Below are positions 30,622 to 41,546 of a DNA stretch of 64,000 nucleotides, one piece after another. Source of the stretch: Candidatus Bathyarchaeota archaeon (lineage in GTDB: Archaea; Thermoproteota; Bathyarchaeia; Bathyarchaeales; Bathycorpusculaceae). The notes beneath the pieces were generated by a model, which saw only the letters and a program-made list of their open reading frames with translations, was not told the DNA's origin and searched no databases. Each line of letters opens with the position of its first letter. Within the stretch, counting starts at the first letter, position 1. Position numbers and translations under genes: made by a program. Location: contig CAWHDT010000003.1 in NCBI GenBank assembly GCA_963828195.1, forward strand, positions 384,001 through 448,000. The letters are read 5' to 3'.

Positions 30622-33267
30622 TTATGATCGTTTTCTCAGCATCAGGACGATTAAGACACCAACTATGGCAATTGCGATTATTATTGCGGCTGCTGCAGCG
30701 CCGATGTACATTTCCGTTGAAGGCAAAGGATTATTTGCTACTGGATATGGCGAGGCTGTTGGCGAGCATGGGTCAACTGCGAAGACGGTTTCGTCAGAAG
30801 AAGGATAGTAAGAGTTTGAACCCGCAAATGTTGCGAAGACGGTGTATTTGCCTGTGATGTCGGGATACCACTGTAAACTAAACATGCCGCTTGAATCAGT
30901 TGTAGCTGTACCGATAGTTCTGTAGTTGCCGTTTGAGTCGATGACGCTGATTGTCACCGGAACGCCTGTTACGTTTGTTGGTTCGGGCTTTTGCATGTAA
31001 ACGTATTCCATCCAAGCGCTCTGGCTTGCGTCAGAAACACATGGAACACCATTTGGAAAGTCCATTGCCTGTTCATTTTGTGTCGTTCCCGCCGAGATGT
31101 CCATCACTGTGCCGCTGATCACTAAAGATTTGCCAAGTTCTATTGATGCTTGAGGTGCTGTAACAGTTAATTTGCTGGGTCCTTGACCGTAACAGTAGAT
31201 TTGCTCGTCATATGTATTCAAGAATGTCAAGTATCCGCTGGCAATCGCTGATTCATCGCCGTTCATTTCGTTGCTCCATCCGAAGATCGTCCATATTTGC
31301 TGTCCTGTGGTGGCGTTAAGGCATGTCAAGGGGAAACCTTTGTACATCGGTTGGTTCGGCGAGTGCTCGTCTCCGGCTATATAGACCATTCCGTCAGCTA
31401 TTGCCACGAACTGCTGCGGGTACTCACCCCATGGGGTTCCTAAGCCTGCATTGGTGCTGTTGCCTGCGCCGCCGTTTCCATAAGTCCATTCTAAGGCTCC
31501 GGTAGCATCGTTATAGCAGAAAATTAATCCTGCATAGCCAGCGCAGTAAAGGTTGCCGTAGGCATCTGTGTCGCTGGACATGAAGTACTGCCAGTTGGTT
31601 GTGCTGCTTGATGGAAAGCCTACTGGACCCCACAGATAAGCGCCGGTGTTCAAGCTGTAGCCCCAGTGCACATTGGTTTCTTTGTCATCAAAGATGAAGA
31701 CTCCAGTTGTTGGATCCCATGCGGAAATTATTCGAGTTACATTGTTTGGCGCTTGCTGGTAAGATTGTGTCCAAAGGGTTTGACCTATTGTATTTGGTTT
31801 TAGGCTTATGGCTGTGATGTTTGCTGGGTCTGAAGTTACGGCTGTAACGCTGCCTCCTGCATGTGTTCCGAAGGTTCCCTGGACCAGAAGCATCATGTTG
31901 CCGAGGCTAACTAGTGGACCAAGGGTTGCTGAACCGATACCCCAGCCTGTTCCCGGAAGATTTAGCGATATGTTCCAGTCATAGCACGATGGCAAGCTTG
32001 CATTTTCTGTTCCGGTGTACCAGGTGGTTGGACTTAAGTTTGCGCCTGTTATGCCTCCGAATACGTCAGATGAATTCCATTGAGCCAAATACCAGTTGGG
32101 TTTCGACGAGGTTCCATAATTGGTTAAAACGTATTTTAGTTCCTCGCCACTTGGACCTGCCACGCTTGTGCCAGTTGGAACGTTGGTTATGTTCATTGTT
32201 GTCAGCACTCCGTCTGATGGATCATATGCCCGCCACACTGTACCTAAACCTGGATAGGCAGTAGTAGTTGCAATCAATAAGCCGTTTGGCAATGGTCCGT
32301 ATTGGTTAGGAGATTCTAAATCATAGATATAGCCGAATGATGGAAGAAGAGTCACACCTGTAGCTGTCACGTTAATACTCCATAGCTGTTGTCCAGTTAG
32401 CAAGTTTACTGCAACGTAGTTCCCGCCAGTTCCCGAGTCGCCATATGGCTGTTGATAGTAGAGGACCCCCTGCATAACGATTGGATTGTTAAATCGGGGA
32501 TTGTAGGATAAGCCATTGTACCAATCTTCGCCTGGAACCGCCGTTTCATTTCCGCCTACTACACCGCCGTAACCGCAAGGTTGAGTCCACATTATGTGTG
32601 CGCTGGTTGGCGCTGTGCCATAGGGTTGGTAAGCACCGGGTCTTGCAGTTCCTGATCCAAGAATGAAGGGTTGTCCGAGCCAGTTTGAGGCAATAGTGTA
32701 CCAATAAGTGTTTTGTCCTTCAATTGGATATGTCCAGTAAGCTGTTGGAAGCGGATAGCTGGCTATTGGCTGTGGAAGTTGCGCTTGCTGAACCGTTACT
32801 TGGCATGTTGAGTTGCTTGCAGTGAAAATGTCGCCTGTGTAAGAAGTGCCAGATTGGGCGGCGGTCCAAGTGTAGTTTTGTCCTGCGTAGTTAAACAGGA
32901 ACGTGTAGTTGCCGACCTGAGTTGGAGTGTAGAAGTAGTCCTGTACGCCTGTTGGGTCAGTGATGTTTGCGAAGGTTTCTGTTGTGGTCGTTCCATCAGG
33001 CGCCGTGATTGTCAGAGTATATCCTGCACGTCTAATGCCATTGGTTGCTGTTGCTCCCGGCATTGGTTCATCTACCCACATGCAGACGGATATTGGTTGG
33101 CCAACTCCAATGGGGTTGGGCATTGCTGTAACGTAAGCAAAGGCATTAATGGTCCATGGAGGCGTATGCGCGCTTGCAGTTGGCGTCAGAATCATTGATG
33201 CGGTCATAGAAAATGTTAGAAACAAAGCCATCAAAATGGTTATAGTTTTATTTTTTAGTTTTTGCAT
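30622..33267 (-). CDS. Large PQQ-like beta-propeller surface protein
   Basis: Signal peptide, AHTPPW start, WTYGNGG, NATTG.QIW, GVPCVSD, C-terminal TM plus RKRS. Confidence 0.85.
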   Translation of the reverse strand: MQKLKNKTITILMALFLTFSMTASMILTPTASAHTPPWTINAFAYVTAMPNPIGVGQPISVCMWVDEPMPGATATNGIRRAGYTLTITAPDGTTTTETFANITDPTGVQDYFYTPTQVGNYTFLFNYAGQNYTWTAAQSGTSYTGDIFTASNSTCQVTVQQAQLPQPIASYPLPTAYWTYPIEGQNTYWYTIASNWLGQPFILGSGTARPGAYQPYGTAPTSAHIMWTQPCGYGGVVGGNETAVPGEDWYNGLSYNPRFNNPIVMQGVLYYQQPYGDSGTGGNYVAVNLLTGQQLWSINVTATGVTLLPSFGYIYDLESPNQYGPLPNGLLIATTTAYPGLGTVWRAYDPSDGVLTTMNITNVPTGTSVAGPSGEELKYVLTNYGTSSKPNWYLAQWNSSDVFGGITGANLSPTTWYTGTENASLPSCYDWNISLNLPGTGWGIGSATLGPLVSLGNMMLLVQGTFGTHAGGSVTAVTSDPANITAISLKPNTIGQTLWTQSYQQAPNNVTRIISAWDPTTGVFIFDDKETNVHWGYSLNTGAYLWGPVGFPSSSTTNWQYFMSSDTDAYGNLYCAGYAGLIFCYNDATGALEWTYGNGGAGNSTNAGLGTPWGEYPQQFVAIADGMVYIAGDEHSPNQPMYKGFPLTCLNATTGQQIWTIFGWSNEMNGDESAIASGYLTFLNTYDEQIYCYGQGPSKLTVTAPQASIELGKSLVISGTVMDISAGTTQNEQAMDFPNGVPCVSDASQSAWMEYVYMQKPEPTNVTGVPVTISVIDSNGNYRTIGTATTDSSGMFSLQWYPDITGKYTVFATFAGSNSYYPSSDETVFAVDPCSPTASPYPVANNPLPSTEMYIGAAAAAIIIAIAIVGVLIVLMLRKRS

Positions 33268-33637
33268 TTTTTCTTTTCCTCAATTTTTTTGAAGTAAAAA
33301 AGAGGGCAAACTGCTAACAATGCTAGATATTGCCCCCTCTCATGAAAGCCAAATTTGGTGCTGATGTAGTATATAACACTTAGCAGAATTAGCGCAAATG
33401 CCTAGTCTACATTAAAACAAATTTTAAATTAAAGCATTTCAATATCCCCGTTAAAACCGTAATATCTTAAAAAGCCGCGCATTTAACAAAGATCCAATTA
33501 ATGGCACAGTCCAAGTTGAATCAACATTCTGAATTAAAAGTTTTGATGCAGATGACCGAAATTTATTAACCGTTTATTTTGTCAATAGGTTTTAAAACTA
33601 AAAAAAGGGAAGGAAGTTTTGTTTTGTATTTGCTGTT

Positions 33638-36451
33638 TTATGGTCGTTTTCTAAGCACTAATAGCGCTATCACTGCTAGACCTACTATGATTAAGACGAA
33701 TAGTCCGGCGATTGCGGGAACAAAGTATGTGTCAGCGACTGATGTTGGGGATGCTGTTGGGGCACCAGGTGTTGCGGGTGAGTTCATTATGTTGAAGTGA
33801 GTTTCTGCTGAGGATGGCCAGTACCCGTTGTTTCCTGCGAAAGTTGCGATCACCGTGTAGTTGCCTGCGATGTCAGGCGTCCACGTGAGGCTGTATGACC
33901 CCATTGCATCTGTGGTTGCGGTGCCGATAGCTCTGAAGTTGCCATTAGAATCTACGACATTTATCGTCACTGGAACGCCTGTGAAGTTGTTTGGTTCAGG
34001 TTGCTGCTGGTAAACGTAGCCCATCCAATCATTCATGATTGCGTCGGAACATACTGGGACTCCGTTTGGAAAGTCGCCTTTCTGTTCGGCTTGCTGTGTA
34101 CCTTCGGAAATATCCATAACTGTACCTTGTACAACTACGTTATCTCCATATGTTGTAACTGTCGGTGAAGCCGAGACTGTCGTAGAACTTGGTCCTTGGC
34201 CTAGGCAGTAAATTTGGTCGTCGTAGCCGTTGAAGAATGTTGTGTAGCCGTCTGCGATAGCGTAGCTAACGGATTGGAATTCGCCGGTGTAATCTTGGAG
34301 GGTCCAGATTTCTGCCCCGGTTGTGGCGTTGATGGCGCGTGTCAAGGCGTATTTGAAGATGGGTGTTTCGATGGTGTGTTCGGCAGTGGATAAGTATATG
34401 ATTCCGTTGCCGATAGCTTGGATGAATGTTGGGTAGTAGCCCAATGGTACGTAGCCGTAGCTGTTTGTGCTGTTGCCTTCACCGCCGTTGCCATAGGTCC
34501 AGATTAGGTTTCCAGTTGTCATAGAATAACAGTAGGTTAATCCTGCCATTCCACTTGCGTAGAGGTTGCCGTAAGCTGCCTGCGCGTCTGCGTCAGGTGT
34601 GCCTGGCTCGCCGAAGTAGTCAAGAGGAGCTCGAGGTGCTGTTGGACCCCAAAGTTCCTGGCCTGTTGTCATGCTGTACCCGACGAACTGCATAGTGTTG
34701 CCATATATCAGAGTGAAGACTCCTACTGTTGGATCACATGGACCTGTTAGGACCGTGACGTTTCCTGCTGGCGGTTGATATGTCTGCATCCATATTATAT
34801 TACCGAAAGTGTTGGTATGAGAAACGTTGAGATCAACTGCGAAGTATGTGAAGGGAGCCCATGCTCCTGCTGTAGGCAGAGAGCCGTTTCTGCAGATCAT
34901 CATGTCGTCGTAGAAAGCATAAAGTTGGGTGGTTGGGTTCGACGCATCAGGGTTGGTGGTTGGAGTAGCTTGGTAGCCTTCGATGAATTGGGTGTCTCCT
35001 GCCGCATTAGTTATGGTTGTTAGAGTTTGGTTGCCCATAAAGTTTAGCCAAGGCACCGAGATGTTCCAGTCATAGCGGTTGGTTGCTAAGCTTGTGTTCC
35101 AAACGCTTGCGTCTTCCACGAAATTGTTATTGTTGTTGTTGTTGCTGTTAGGGTTGTTAACGCCGTTCATCGGTGCCGGGACAGGTATAGTGCCACCGCC
35201 GGTCGCGTTGTAAATTGAAGGTGTCATTGCGTATCCATATGGGAAAATTAATGATGTCGCGTTCCATTCAGCTAAAGTCCAATTTGGAGCTGCATTGGTG
35301 CCTGCATTTGCAAAAACGTACCTTAACTGTTCACCTTGTGGGCCCTGGGCTGCTATGCCTGTGGGGACACCGGTTACGTTGAACAGAAAGTCTCCTGTGT
35401 ATGCGTCAAAGACTTCTCCGAAGTTAGTTGTGAATAAGATTGCTGGGTAAACGCCGTGTTGGTCGGGGTTTTCAACGTCATAGATCATTGCGCCTGATAG
35501 GGCTGGTATGTTGGTTTTTTCCCAGATGATTTGTCCTGTTGCTAGACATTGGCAGACTGTTGCGCCAGTTTGTGCGCCTGCGAATGTTACTGGCAGCGTG
35601 TAGTATAGGTCTCCGTCAACTATTATGGGATTATCGAATCTCTGCTCGTATGCTGACCCCTCAAAGTAGGTGTTTCCTGGGATGATCAAATCGTTTCCTC
35701 CAACGACTCCTCCTTCTTGAGTCGGTTGTGTCCACATGATGTGGCTAGTTGTAGATCCCACTGCGTCGCCTGGATATCTCTGGAAGGGACCAGAGTTGGT
35801 GAAGCCGGTGAGGTCGCCTGAGCCTGTTGCGGATGAAACTGGTGAACCTGTGCCTAGCCAGTTTGATGAAATCGTGTACCAAGCGGTGTTTGTGCCGAAT
35901 ATTGGTCGAGTCCAGTATGCGGTCGGAGCCGCGGTTGTGCTGCTTACGAGCCCTGGTAGAGGTGTTTGGGTCACGACAAGTGCATATGTGTAGGAACTGG
36001 GCAGATATGTGTCGTTAACGTATGCTGAGCCGGTGGGTTGGTCAGCGGCAGTTATGGTTTCTCCAGGATAGCTGAAGGTCAGGTTGTATGTGCCGACTTG
36101 GGTAGGTGTGAACTGGTAGTCCTGATTATCTGTTGGGTCAGAGATGTACGCAAAAGTTATTGATGATGATGTTCCGTCAGGCGCAACAATGGTCAGGTCA
36201 TAGTTATGGTATCTGTAGTTGTTTGTTAGTGCTGAATTGTAGTAAGGTGGGTTTCCTAGAAACATGTCAATATGTACTGACTGCCCTACCCCAATAGGGT
36301 TCGGGTACGCCGTCATGTACGCATGCGTTGGAATCTGCCATGCCGGTGTATGTGCACTGGCAGACGGTATAAGCATCATTGAAGCCCCCATTGAAAGTGT
36401 TAGGAAAATAGCAATCAAAATAGCTGCAATTCTTTTTTTAGCAATTTGCAT
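33638..36451 (-). CDS. Large PQQ-like beta-propeller surface protein (tandem paralog)
   Basis: Same architecture and motifs as 30622-33267; ends with TM plus RKRP. Confidence 0.85.
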   Translation of the reverse strand: MQIAKKRIAAILIAIFLTLSMGASMMLIPSASAHTPAWQIPTHAYMTAYPNPIGVGQSVHIDMFLGNPPYYNSALTNNYRYHNYDLTIVAPDGTSSSITFAYISDPTDNQDYQFTPTQVGTYNLTFSYPGETITAADQPTGSAYVNDTYLPSSYTYALVVTQTPLPGLVSSTTAAPTAYWTRPIFGTNTAWYTISSNWLGTGSPVSSATGSGDLTGFTNSGPFQRYPGDAVGSTTSHIMWTQPTQEGGVVGGNDLIIPGNTYFEGSAYEQRFDNPIIVDGDLYYTLPVTFAGAQTGATVCQCLATGQIIWEKTNIPALSGAMIYDVENPDQHGVYPAILFTTNFGEVFDAYTGDFLFNVTGVPTGIAAQGPQGEQLRYVFANAGTNAAPNWTLAEWNATSLIFPYGYAMTPSIYNATGGGTIPVPAPMNGVNNPNSNNNNNNNFVEDASVWNTSLATNRYDWNISVPWLNFMGNQTLTTITNAAGDTQFIEGYQATPTTNPDASNPTTQLYAFYDDMMICRNGSLPTAGAWAPFTYFAVDLNVSHTNTFGNIIWMQTYQPPAGNVTVLTGPCDPTVGVFTLIYGNTMQFVGYSMTTGQELWGPTAPRAPLDYFGEPGTPDADAQAAYGNLYASGMAGLTYCYSMTTGNLIWTYGNGGEGNSTNSYGYVPLGYYPTFIQAIGNGIIYLSTAEHTIETPIFKYALTRAINATTGAEIWTLQDYTGEFQSVSYAIADGYTTFFNGYDDQIYCLGQGPSSTTVSASPTVTTYGDNVVVQGTVMDISEGTQQAEQKGDFPNGVPVCSDAIMNDWMGYVYQQQPEPNNFTGVPVTINVVDSNGNFRAIGTATTDAMGSYSLTWTPDIAGNYTVIATFAGNNGYWPSSAETHFNIMNSPATPGAPTASPTSVADTYFVPAIAGLFVLIIVGLAVIALLVLRKRP

Positions 36452-36663
36452 TTTTCTTTTCTCCTTTAAAGCATATTTTTTGTTGAGCAAAAAGCAAAAA
36501 AAATGCTAATGCCCAACTCTCAGCCATTTGTTAACACCTTACTTATAACATTTGGCAAGATTCAGGTTATTTTGGCAAAAATGGATCGAAAATGATGAGC
36601 GCAACGCAACGTCGATGCAAGTGAATACGTTTTTCTTTGCCAAGGGGTCAGAAAGAAGGGTGC

Positions 36664-37509
36664 CTAAGGATTTTCATCTCTTATGAGAACGCTTGAATAA
36701 GTCGCAACTGAGCTGTCGCCGCTGTCAACGCCGCTAGATGCAGTCATGTTCAACTGCAGGGTGCTTTGGATTTGTTTGCAGCTTTCCAATTCCAAGCATG
36801 ATTCCCCTGAGAGGATGCCGCATCCCTCATCAGCAGGTTGATTCTGGCTTTGTTTGATGCTTGCCTGTTTAAACTCGACTTCGAAGACTCTAAAATTTCC
36901 CGCTTGAACCGCAAGATTCTCAATACCCGAAAATTTAACAGTCATTTCCGCGTCGCCGACGCCTAAAGCCACGCATGTCACTGGAATTTGCCAGGTATCT
37001 CCGACCTGGGCTTCCGACTGATTAAAATCTGCCGTTTCAAGGGGGCTACCGCTGTTGCTGTTTTCCATGTATTGCTGAAGAACAACAGGCAAAAGAGTAA
37101 AGAGATTAGCCATGTCGGTTTCTTTGACTTCCAAAACAGCCGACGTCGCCGAACCCGCAGTGCCTAAGGTGGTTGTGTAATTTAGAGTGTAGGTGCCGCC
37201 GTTAATGTTTAGGACTTCAATTGTTAAGGTACTTTGAGCGGTGGAGTTTGTGGAGGAATTGCCGATTTGGCTGTAAGAGGTCGATGTGACTTGATAAGTG
37301 AGTTTTTCGCCGACCCGGTAATGGACATTTAAAGAAAACTCTTTAGCGTTATTTGCAGGCACAAGAAATATTGCTGTCAAAACTATTGCAATCGCGATTA
37401 ACGCAGCAGCAGTTATGTAAAATTTCTTTCCAAACCGATTCCTCGACGTTTTTTCCGCCGGTTGCTGCTGGGCAGCTGAATCAATTGAACTGTAAAATTT
37501 GGTCAGCAT
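36664..37509 (-). CDS. Membrane-anchored exported protein
   Basis: N-terminal TM; beta-rich domain (VGDTW...AVQAGNF). Confidence 0.65.
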   Translation of the reverse strand: MLTKFYSSIDSAAQQQPAEKTSRNRFGKKFYITAAALIAIAIVLTAIFLVPANNAKEFSLNVHYRVGEKLTYQVTSTSYSQIGNSSTNSTAQSTLTIEVLNINGGTYTLNYTTTLGTAGSATSAVLEVKETDMANLFTLLPVVLQQYMENSNSGSPLETADFNQSEAQVGDTWQIPVTCVALGVGDAEMTVKFSGIENLAVQAGNFRVFEVEFKQASIKQSQNQPADEGCGILSGESCLELESCKQIQSTLQLNMTASSGVDSGDSSVATYSSVLIRDENP

Positions 37510-37526
37510 TCTGGGTTCCCCATGGA

Positions 37527-38198
37527 TCAGCGGTCAGGAGGATTATTTTTTCTAAATGCAAAGGCAATTGCCAAAGCCGTTATAGCCACCGCGGTTGGAA
37601 CGGCTGCAATAATCGCGTAGAATTTCGTTGGTTCTAACCCGTCGATTTGGGGACTCCACAAGTTTGTTGCGATTATGGTGACGTTGGCGCCCCAGTTGGT
37701 GAAGTTTTCTGTAGAGTGAAGAAAGACGCCGGTTGCTTCATCCCACTCTTTATGTCTGGTGGTGCTGTTTGTAAAAGTTACAGCTCGAGTTGCGCCCAAC
37801 ACGGTTTTTTGCTGCTGAGCTTGAATAACTACAGTTGTATTGGCTGAAAAAGCATCATAGAACGTGTCGCCTTCGCCAAGATTAGCTGGGATAATTATCC
37901 ATCCTTCCTCGTTGCCAGCTGTAAAGTTAAATTTCCAAATGGAACTGTACAACGTCCCGTTCACGTACCTAACGGTAAGATTAACTGAGAAAGCGGCAAC
38001 CTCAACCTGCAAAACCACCATTTTCATCCAGTTGACGTCGTGTAAAGCCGGAGGAGAACCGGTTAAGTCAACGCTGTACTCCATCCAATCGCCCTCTTTG
38101 ACACCTACCGAAGGACCCTCATTAGCGCCGACCGGTGAGACGATGACTAAAAGAGAAAACATCAGACCCACCATAATCAACACATTTAACGCTTTCAT
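37527..38198 (-). CDS. Secreted protein with C-terminal TM
   Basis: Signal peptide, VGVKEGDWMEY, WDEATGV, TM tail. Confidence 0.7.
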   Translation of the reverse strand: MKALNVLIMVGLMFSLLVIVSPVGANEGPSVGVKEGDWMEYSVDLTGSPPALHDVNWMKMVVLQVEVAAFSVNLTVRYVNGTLYSSIWKFNFTAGNEEGWIIIPANLGEGDTFYDAFSANTTVVIQAQQQKTVLGATRAVTFTNSTTRHKEWDEATGVFLHSTENFTNWGANVTIIATNLWSPQIDGLEPTKFYAIIAAVPTAVAITALAIAFAFRKNNPPDR

Positions 38199-38405
38199 AT
38201 CTCCCGCCAATAAGCTGTAACGCTGCTGTTGCCTTAAGACTTTTTCCGTCAAAAAAATTTGACCAAACCGACTTAACCCACCGTCAAACTTTCTTAACTA
38301 CTTTTTTTCAGGCATGCTACCTGCAAAAAATGAAATACGCCGCAAAATAAGGGGGCGGGCAAAAGAACTTAATAGTATTTCCCGCTTAAAACTAAACGGT
38401 GCTTT

Positions 38406-39629
38406 ATGCAGGTGAAACGGTTTCAGGTATTAACGGCAGTTGCTTGCATAATTTTTGTTTCCACCGCGTTCTTGTTTCCATTTGCCAACGCCGGCACAGG
38501 AAAATCGTCGGTAACGCCTGTACTGCTTTGGAAGTATCTGACGGGCAACGCGGTTGAGTCTTCCCCAACAGTTGCTGGCGGCGTTGTCTACATTGGCTCT
38601 TGGGACGGATTTGTTTATGCTTTAAACGCTTCCAGCGGCGCCAGAATTTGGAGCCATCGAACAGGCGGAACCGTCGGTTCAGCTCCCGCAGTTGTTGATG
38701 GAGCAGTGTACATTGGCTCGCTTTTGGGCAGCGTCTACGCTTTGAATGCTACATCTGGTGCGCGGGTTTGGAATTTCACGACTGGCGGGTTGGTCGGTTC
38801 CTCCCCGGCTGTTGCAGGCGGCATAGTCTACGTCGGCTCAGACGACGGCAACATCTATGCTTTAAACACTACTGACGGCGCCCTGATATGGAATTACGCC
38901 ACCCAAGACGAAGTTTACTCTTCCCCCGCTGTCGTTAACGGCGCAGTCTATGTAGGCTCAGACGACGGAAACGTTTATGCCCTAAACGCCAGCAGCGGCG
39001 CCAAACTCTGGAACTACACTACAGCTTGGAGTGACAGCGCAGGCAACGCGGTTGGTTCATCGCCGACGGTGGCCGACGGCGTGGTCTATGTGGGTTCATA
39101 CGACAGCGACGTTTACGCTTTAAACGCTACTGATGGAGCAAAAATCTGGAGTTACGCCACCGGCAACGCTGTTGAGTCATCTCCAGCCGTGATGAACGGC
39201 GTGGTTTACGTCGGTTCATTTGATGGGAAAATCTACGCTTTAAAAGCTGCTGACGGAGCGCTGCTTTGGACTTACAACACAGACGACGAAGTTTATTCGT
39301 CCCCTGCAATTGCAAACGGCATCGTCTATGTTGGCTCGCTTAACGGGAACATTTATGCTTTAGATGCATCTAACGGTGCCAAACTGTGGAATTACACAAC
39401 AGCCACTTCGGTGGAGTCGTCTCCGGCAGTTGTTAACGGCGTAGTCTATGTTGGTTCGGATGACATGTACGTTTACGCTTTAGGCAGCTTCGCCACTTCC
39501 CCAGTTTCTCAGTCTCCACCGTTTCCGTTCATAGATCAACTGCTAATAATTGCTTTAGGGGTTTCGTTGATAATGGTCCTTTCCGCGGCTTTATTTGCGA
39601 AGAAGAAAGTGAAAGCAAATGAAAAATAA
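38406..39629 (+). CDS. PQQ/BamB-like beta-propeller repeat protein
   Basis: Eight ~40-aa repeats SSPAV..G.VYVGS.DG.VYALNA..GA..W; signal peptide and C-terminal TM. Confidence 0.9.
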   Translation: MQVKRFQVLTAVACIIFVSTAFLFPFANAGTGKSSVTPVLLWKYLTGNAVESSPTVAGGVVYIGSWDGFVYALNASSGARIWSHRTGGTVGSAPAVVDGAVYIGSLLGSVYALNATSGARVWNFTTGGLVGSSPAVAGGIVYVGSDDGNIYALNTTDGALIWNYATQDEVYSSPAVVNGAVYVGSDDGNVYALNASSGAKLWNYTTAWSDSAGNAVGSSPTVADGVVYVGSYDSDVYALNATDGAKIWSYATGNAVESSPAVMNGVVYVGSFDGKIYALKAADGALLWTYNTDDEVYSSPAIANGIVYVGSLNGNIYALDASNGAKLWNYTTATSVESSPAVVNGVVYVGSDDMYVYALGSFATSPVSQSPPFPFIDQLLIIALGVSLIMVLSAALFAKKKVKANEK

Positions 39630-40773
39630 ACCCTTGATTATTTCCGTTTCGCTGTTGCTGATTGTTTCTTTAGTGCTTGTTTCGTTTCTTGTACTGCAGG
39701 ATAACGGGGGAAGCAATTCTTCAAGTGGAGGTGTGCCGAAGGTTTTTGTTGGAATCGACGTGGCTTACAACAACCTCGTGACCATGGAAAAACTTGTTGA
39801 CGCAGTAAGCTCCTATGCAAACTTGATCATACTGGGATCAACCGGGATCTCCTACACCAGTCAGCTTAACGACGCCTGCCAGTGCATCTTCAACAAAGGA
39901 TTATACTTCATCCTGTACACTGAAAATGCGCCGCCGCTTCAGTGGCTTCAAAACGCCGTGAACAAGTGGGGCGACCATTTCTTAGGATTATACGCCTTCG
40001 ACGAAATGGGCGGAAAACAGCTAGACCAAGACAACGAAGATTTTATGCGAATTTCAAACGTGTCCAGCACCGCCACCTACTCCGACGTGGCAAATCAATA
40101 CGAAGAACAGTTAAATCAGACCCTTGGAACCATCACAGTAAACTTCAACAGCACTAACAGCGTTCCCCTCTTTACCTCGGATTATGCGTTTTACTGGTTT
40201 GACTACGAGGGCGGCTACAATACGATTTTTGCGGAGTTCGGCTGGAACTATAGCAGGCAACTGAATGTTGCACTTTGCAGAGGTGCAGCTGAATCTCAAA
40301 ACAAGACATGGGGGGTAATGATTACGTACACGTACACCACTCCGCCTTTCATAGAATCTGCGGCCAACCTTTACAGTGACATGCTATACGCCTACAACAA
40401 CGGAGCCAAATACATCGTGGTCTACGACAGCAGCCTAAACTGGACAACGGGAATTCTGGATCAAGACCATCTGAACGCTATGAAACAGTTCTGGCAATAC
40501 ATGACCAACAACCCAGCAGCAGAAAATTCCGCTCAGCCAGACACCGCTTACGTGCTTCCCCAGGATTACGCTTACGGCTTTCGAGGCCCAAATGACAAAA
40601 TATGGGGGCTATGGGGTCCAGATAACCTCACGGTCACAATTGCCACTCAGCTTTCAAGTTTAATGACGCAATACGGAAACAACTTAAACGTGGTTTACGA
40701 TGCCCCAAGCATCAATTACACAAGCCAGTACAGCGAAGTCATATTTTGGAATGGAACAACCTACAACCGTTAA
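39619..40773 (+). CDS. Exported protein, possible glycoside-hydrolase-like barrel
   Basis: N-terminal TM; Y.FDE.GG, FTSDY..YWFDY, EFGWN, LCRGAA, aromatic-rich. Confidence 0.6.
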   Translation: MKNKPLIISVSLLLIVSLVLVSFLVLQDNGGSNSSSGGVPKVFVGIDVAYNNLVTMEKLVDAVSSYANLIILGSTGISYTSQLNDACQCIFNKGLYFILYTENAPPLQWLQNAVNKWGDHFLGLYAFDEMGGKQLDQDNEDFMRISNVSSTATYSDVANQYEEQLNQTLGTITVNFNSTNSVPLFTSDYAFYWFDYEGGYNTIFAEFGWNYSRQLNVALCRGAAESQNKTWGVMITYTYTTPPFIESAANLYSDMLYAYNNGAKYIVVYDSSLNWTTGILDQDHLNAMKQFWQYMTNNPAAENSAQPDTAYVLPQDYAYGFRGPNDKIWGLWGPDNLTVTIATQLSSLMTQYGNNLNVVYDAPSINYTSQYSEVIFWNGTTYNR

Positions 40774-40908
40774 TACTGAAAATCAATTGATGAAACCCTC
40801 GGTGCCGTCATAGGCAGGACAATACAATTTATATCCCCTTCAAAGACTATAATCTTTAACGCATTGTTTAAGAAAAAAATTCTGTTTCAATCTTTAGGTG
40901 GTTGGTTG

Positions 40909-41514
40909 ATGGTTACTGGAGCGGTTGTGTTAGCGGCTGGCAAATCTGAAAGAATGGGGCAGAACAAGCTTTTATTGACCGTGAATGGAAAAGCGCTCAT
41001 TGAACAAATTTTGGATGCATTGACGGCAGCAGGAGTAGATGAACAAGTGATTGTGCTGGGACATCAGCCTGAACAGATGATTGAAGCCGTAAAGCCGAGG
41101 CTGCCCATGCTAAAGATAGCCCTAAATGCGGATTACGAGCAGGGGATGACGTCTTCGTTTCAAAAGGGGCTTCAACTGCTGCCCCGTGAAGATGCCGCGT
41201 TTTTGGTTCTTGGGGATGAACCCATTTTTGACCCAGACTTTTTGAGGTTAATGGCGCAGCAGATGGAGAATAGTCAAAGTAAAACGTTGATTGTGAGCCC
41301 GATCTATAGAGGAAAGAAGGGGCACCCGCTGCTTTTTCACAGGCAGCTCTTCTCGGAAATACTGAATCTCAAAAACCCCCAAACTATACGTGACGTCGTT
41401 CATGGGCACGCTGATCAGCTTTTAACAGTTGATGCGCCACATTGGGTCATCTTGGATATTGACACCCCTGAAGACTACGCCCGGATCATCAAGCTGACAA
41501 AAACAGGCGCATAA
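40909..41514 (+). CDS. mocA: Molybdenum cofactor cytidylyltransferase (MocA-like)
   Basis: VLAAGKSERMG.NKLL, GM..S, LGDEP, GHPLLF, DIDTPEDY; adjacent to xdhC/cox genes. Confidence 0.85.
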   Translation: MVTGAVVLAAGKSERMGQNKLLLTVNGKALIEQILDALTAAGVDEQVIVLGHQPEQMIEAVKPRLPMLKIALNADYEQGMTSSFQKGLQLLPREDAAFLVLGDEPIFDPDFLRLMAQQMENSQSKTLIVSPIYRGKKGHPLLFHRQLFSEILNLKNPQTIRDVVHGHADQLLTVDAPHWVILDIDTPEDYARIIKLTKTGA

Positions 41515-41546
41515 GAGCTCCAAGCAACCAGAGTGGTTTGGATTTG

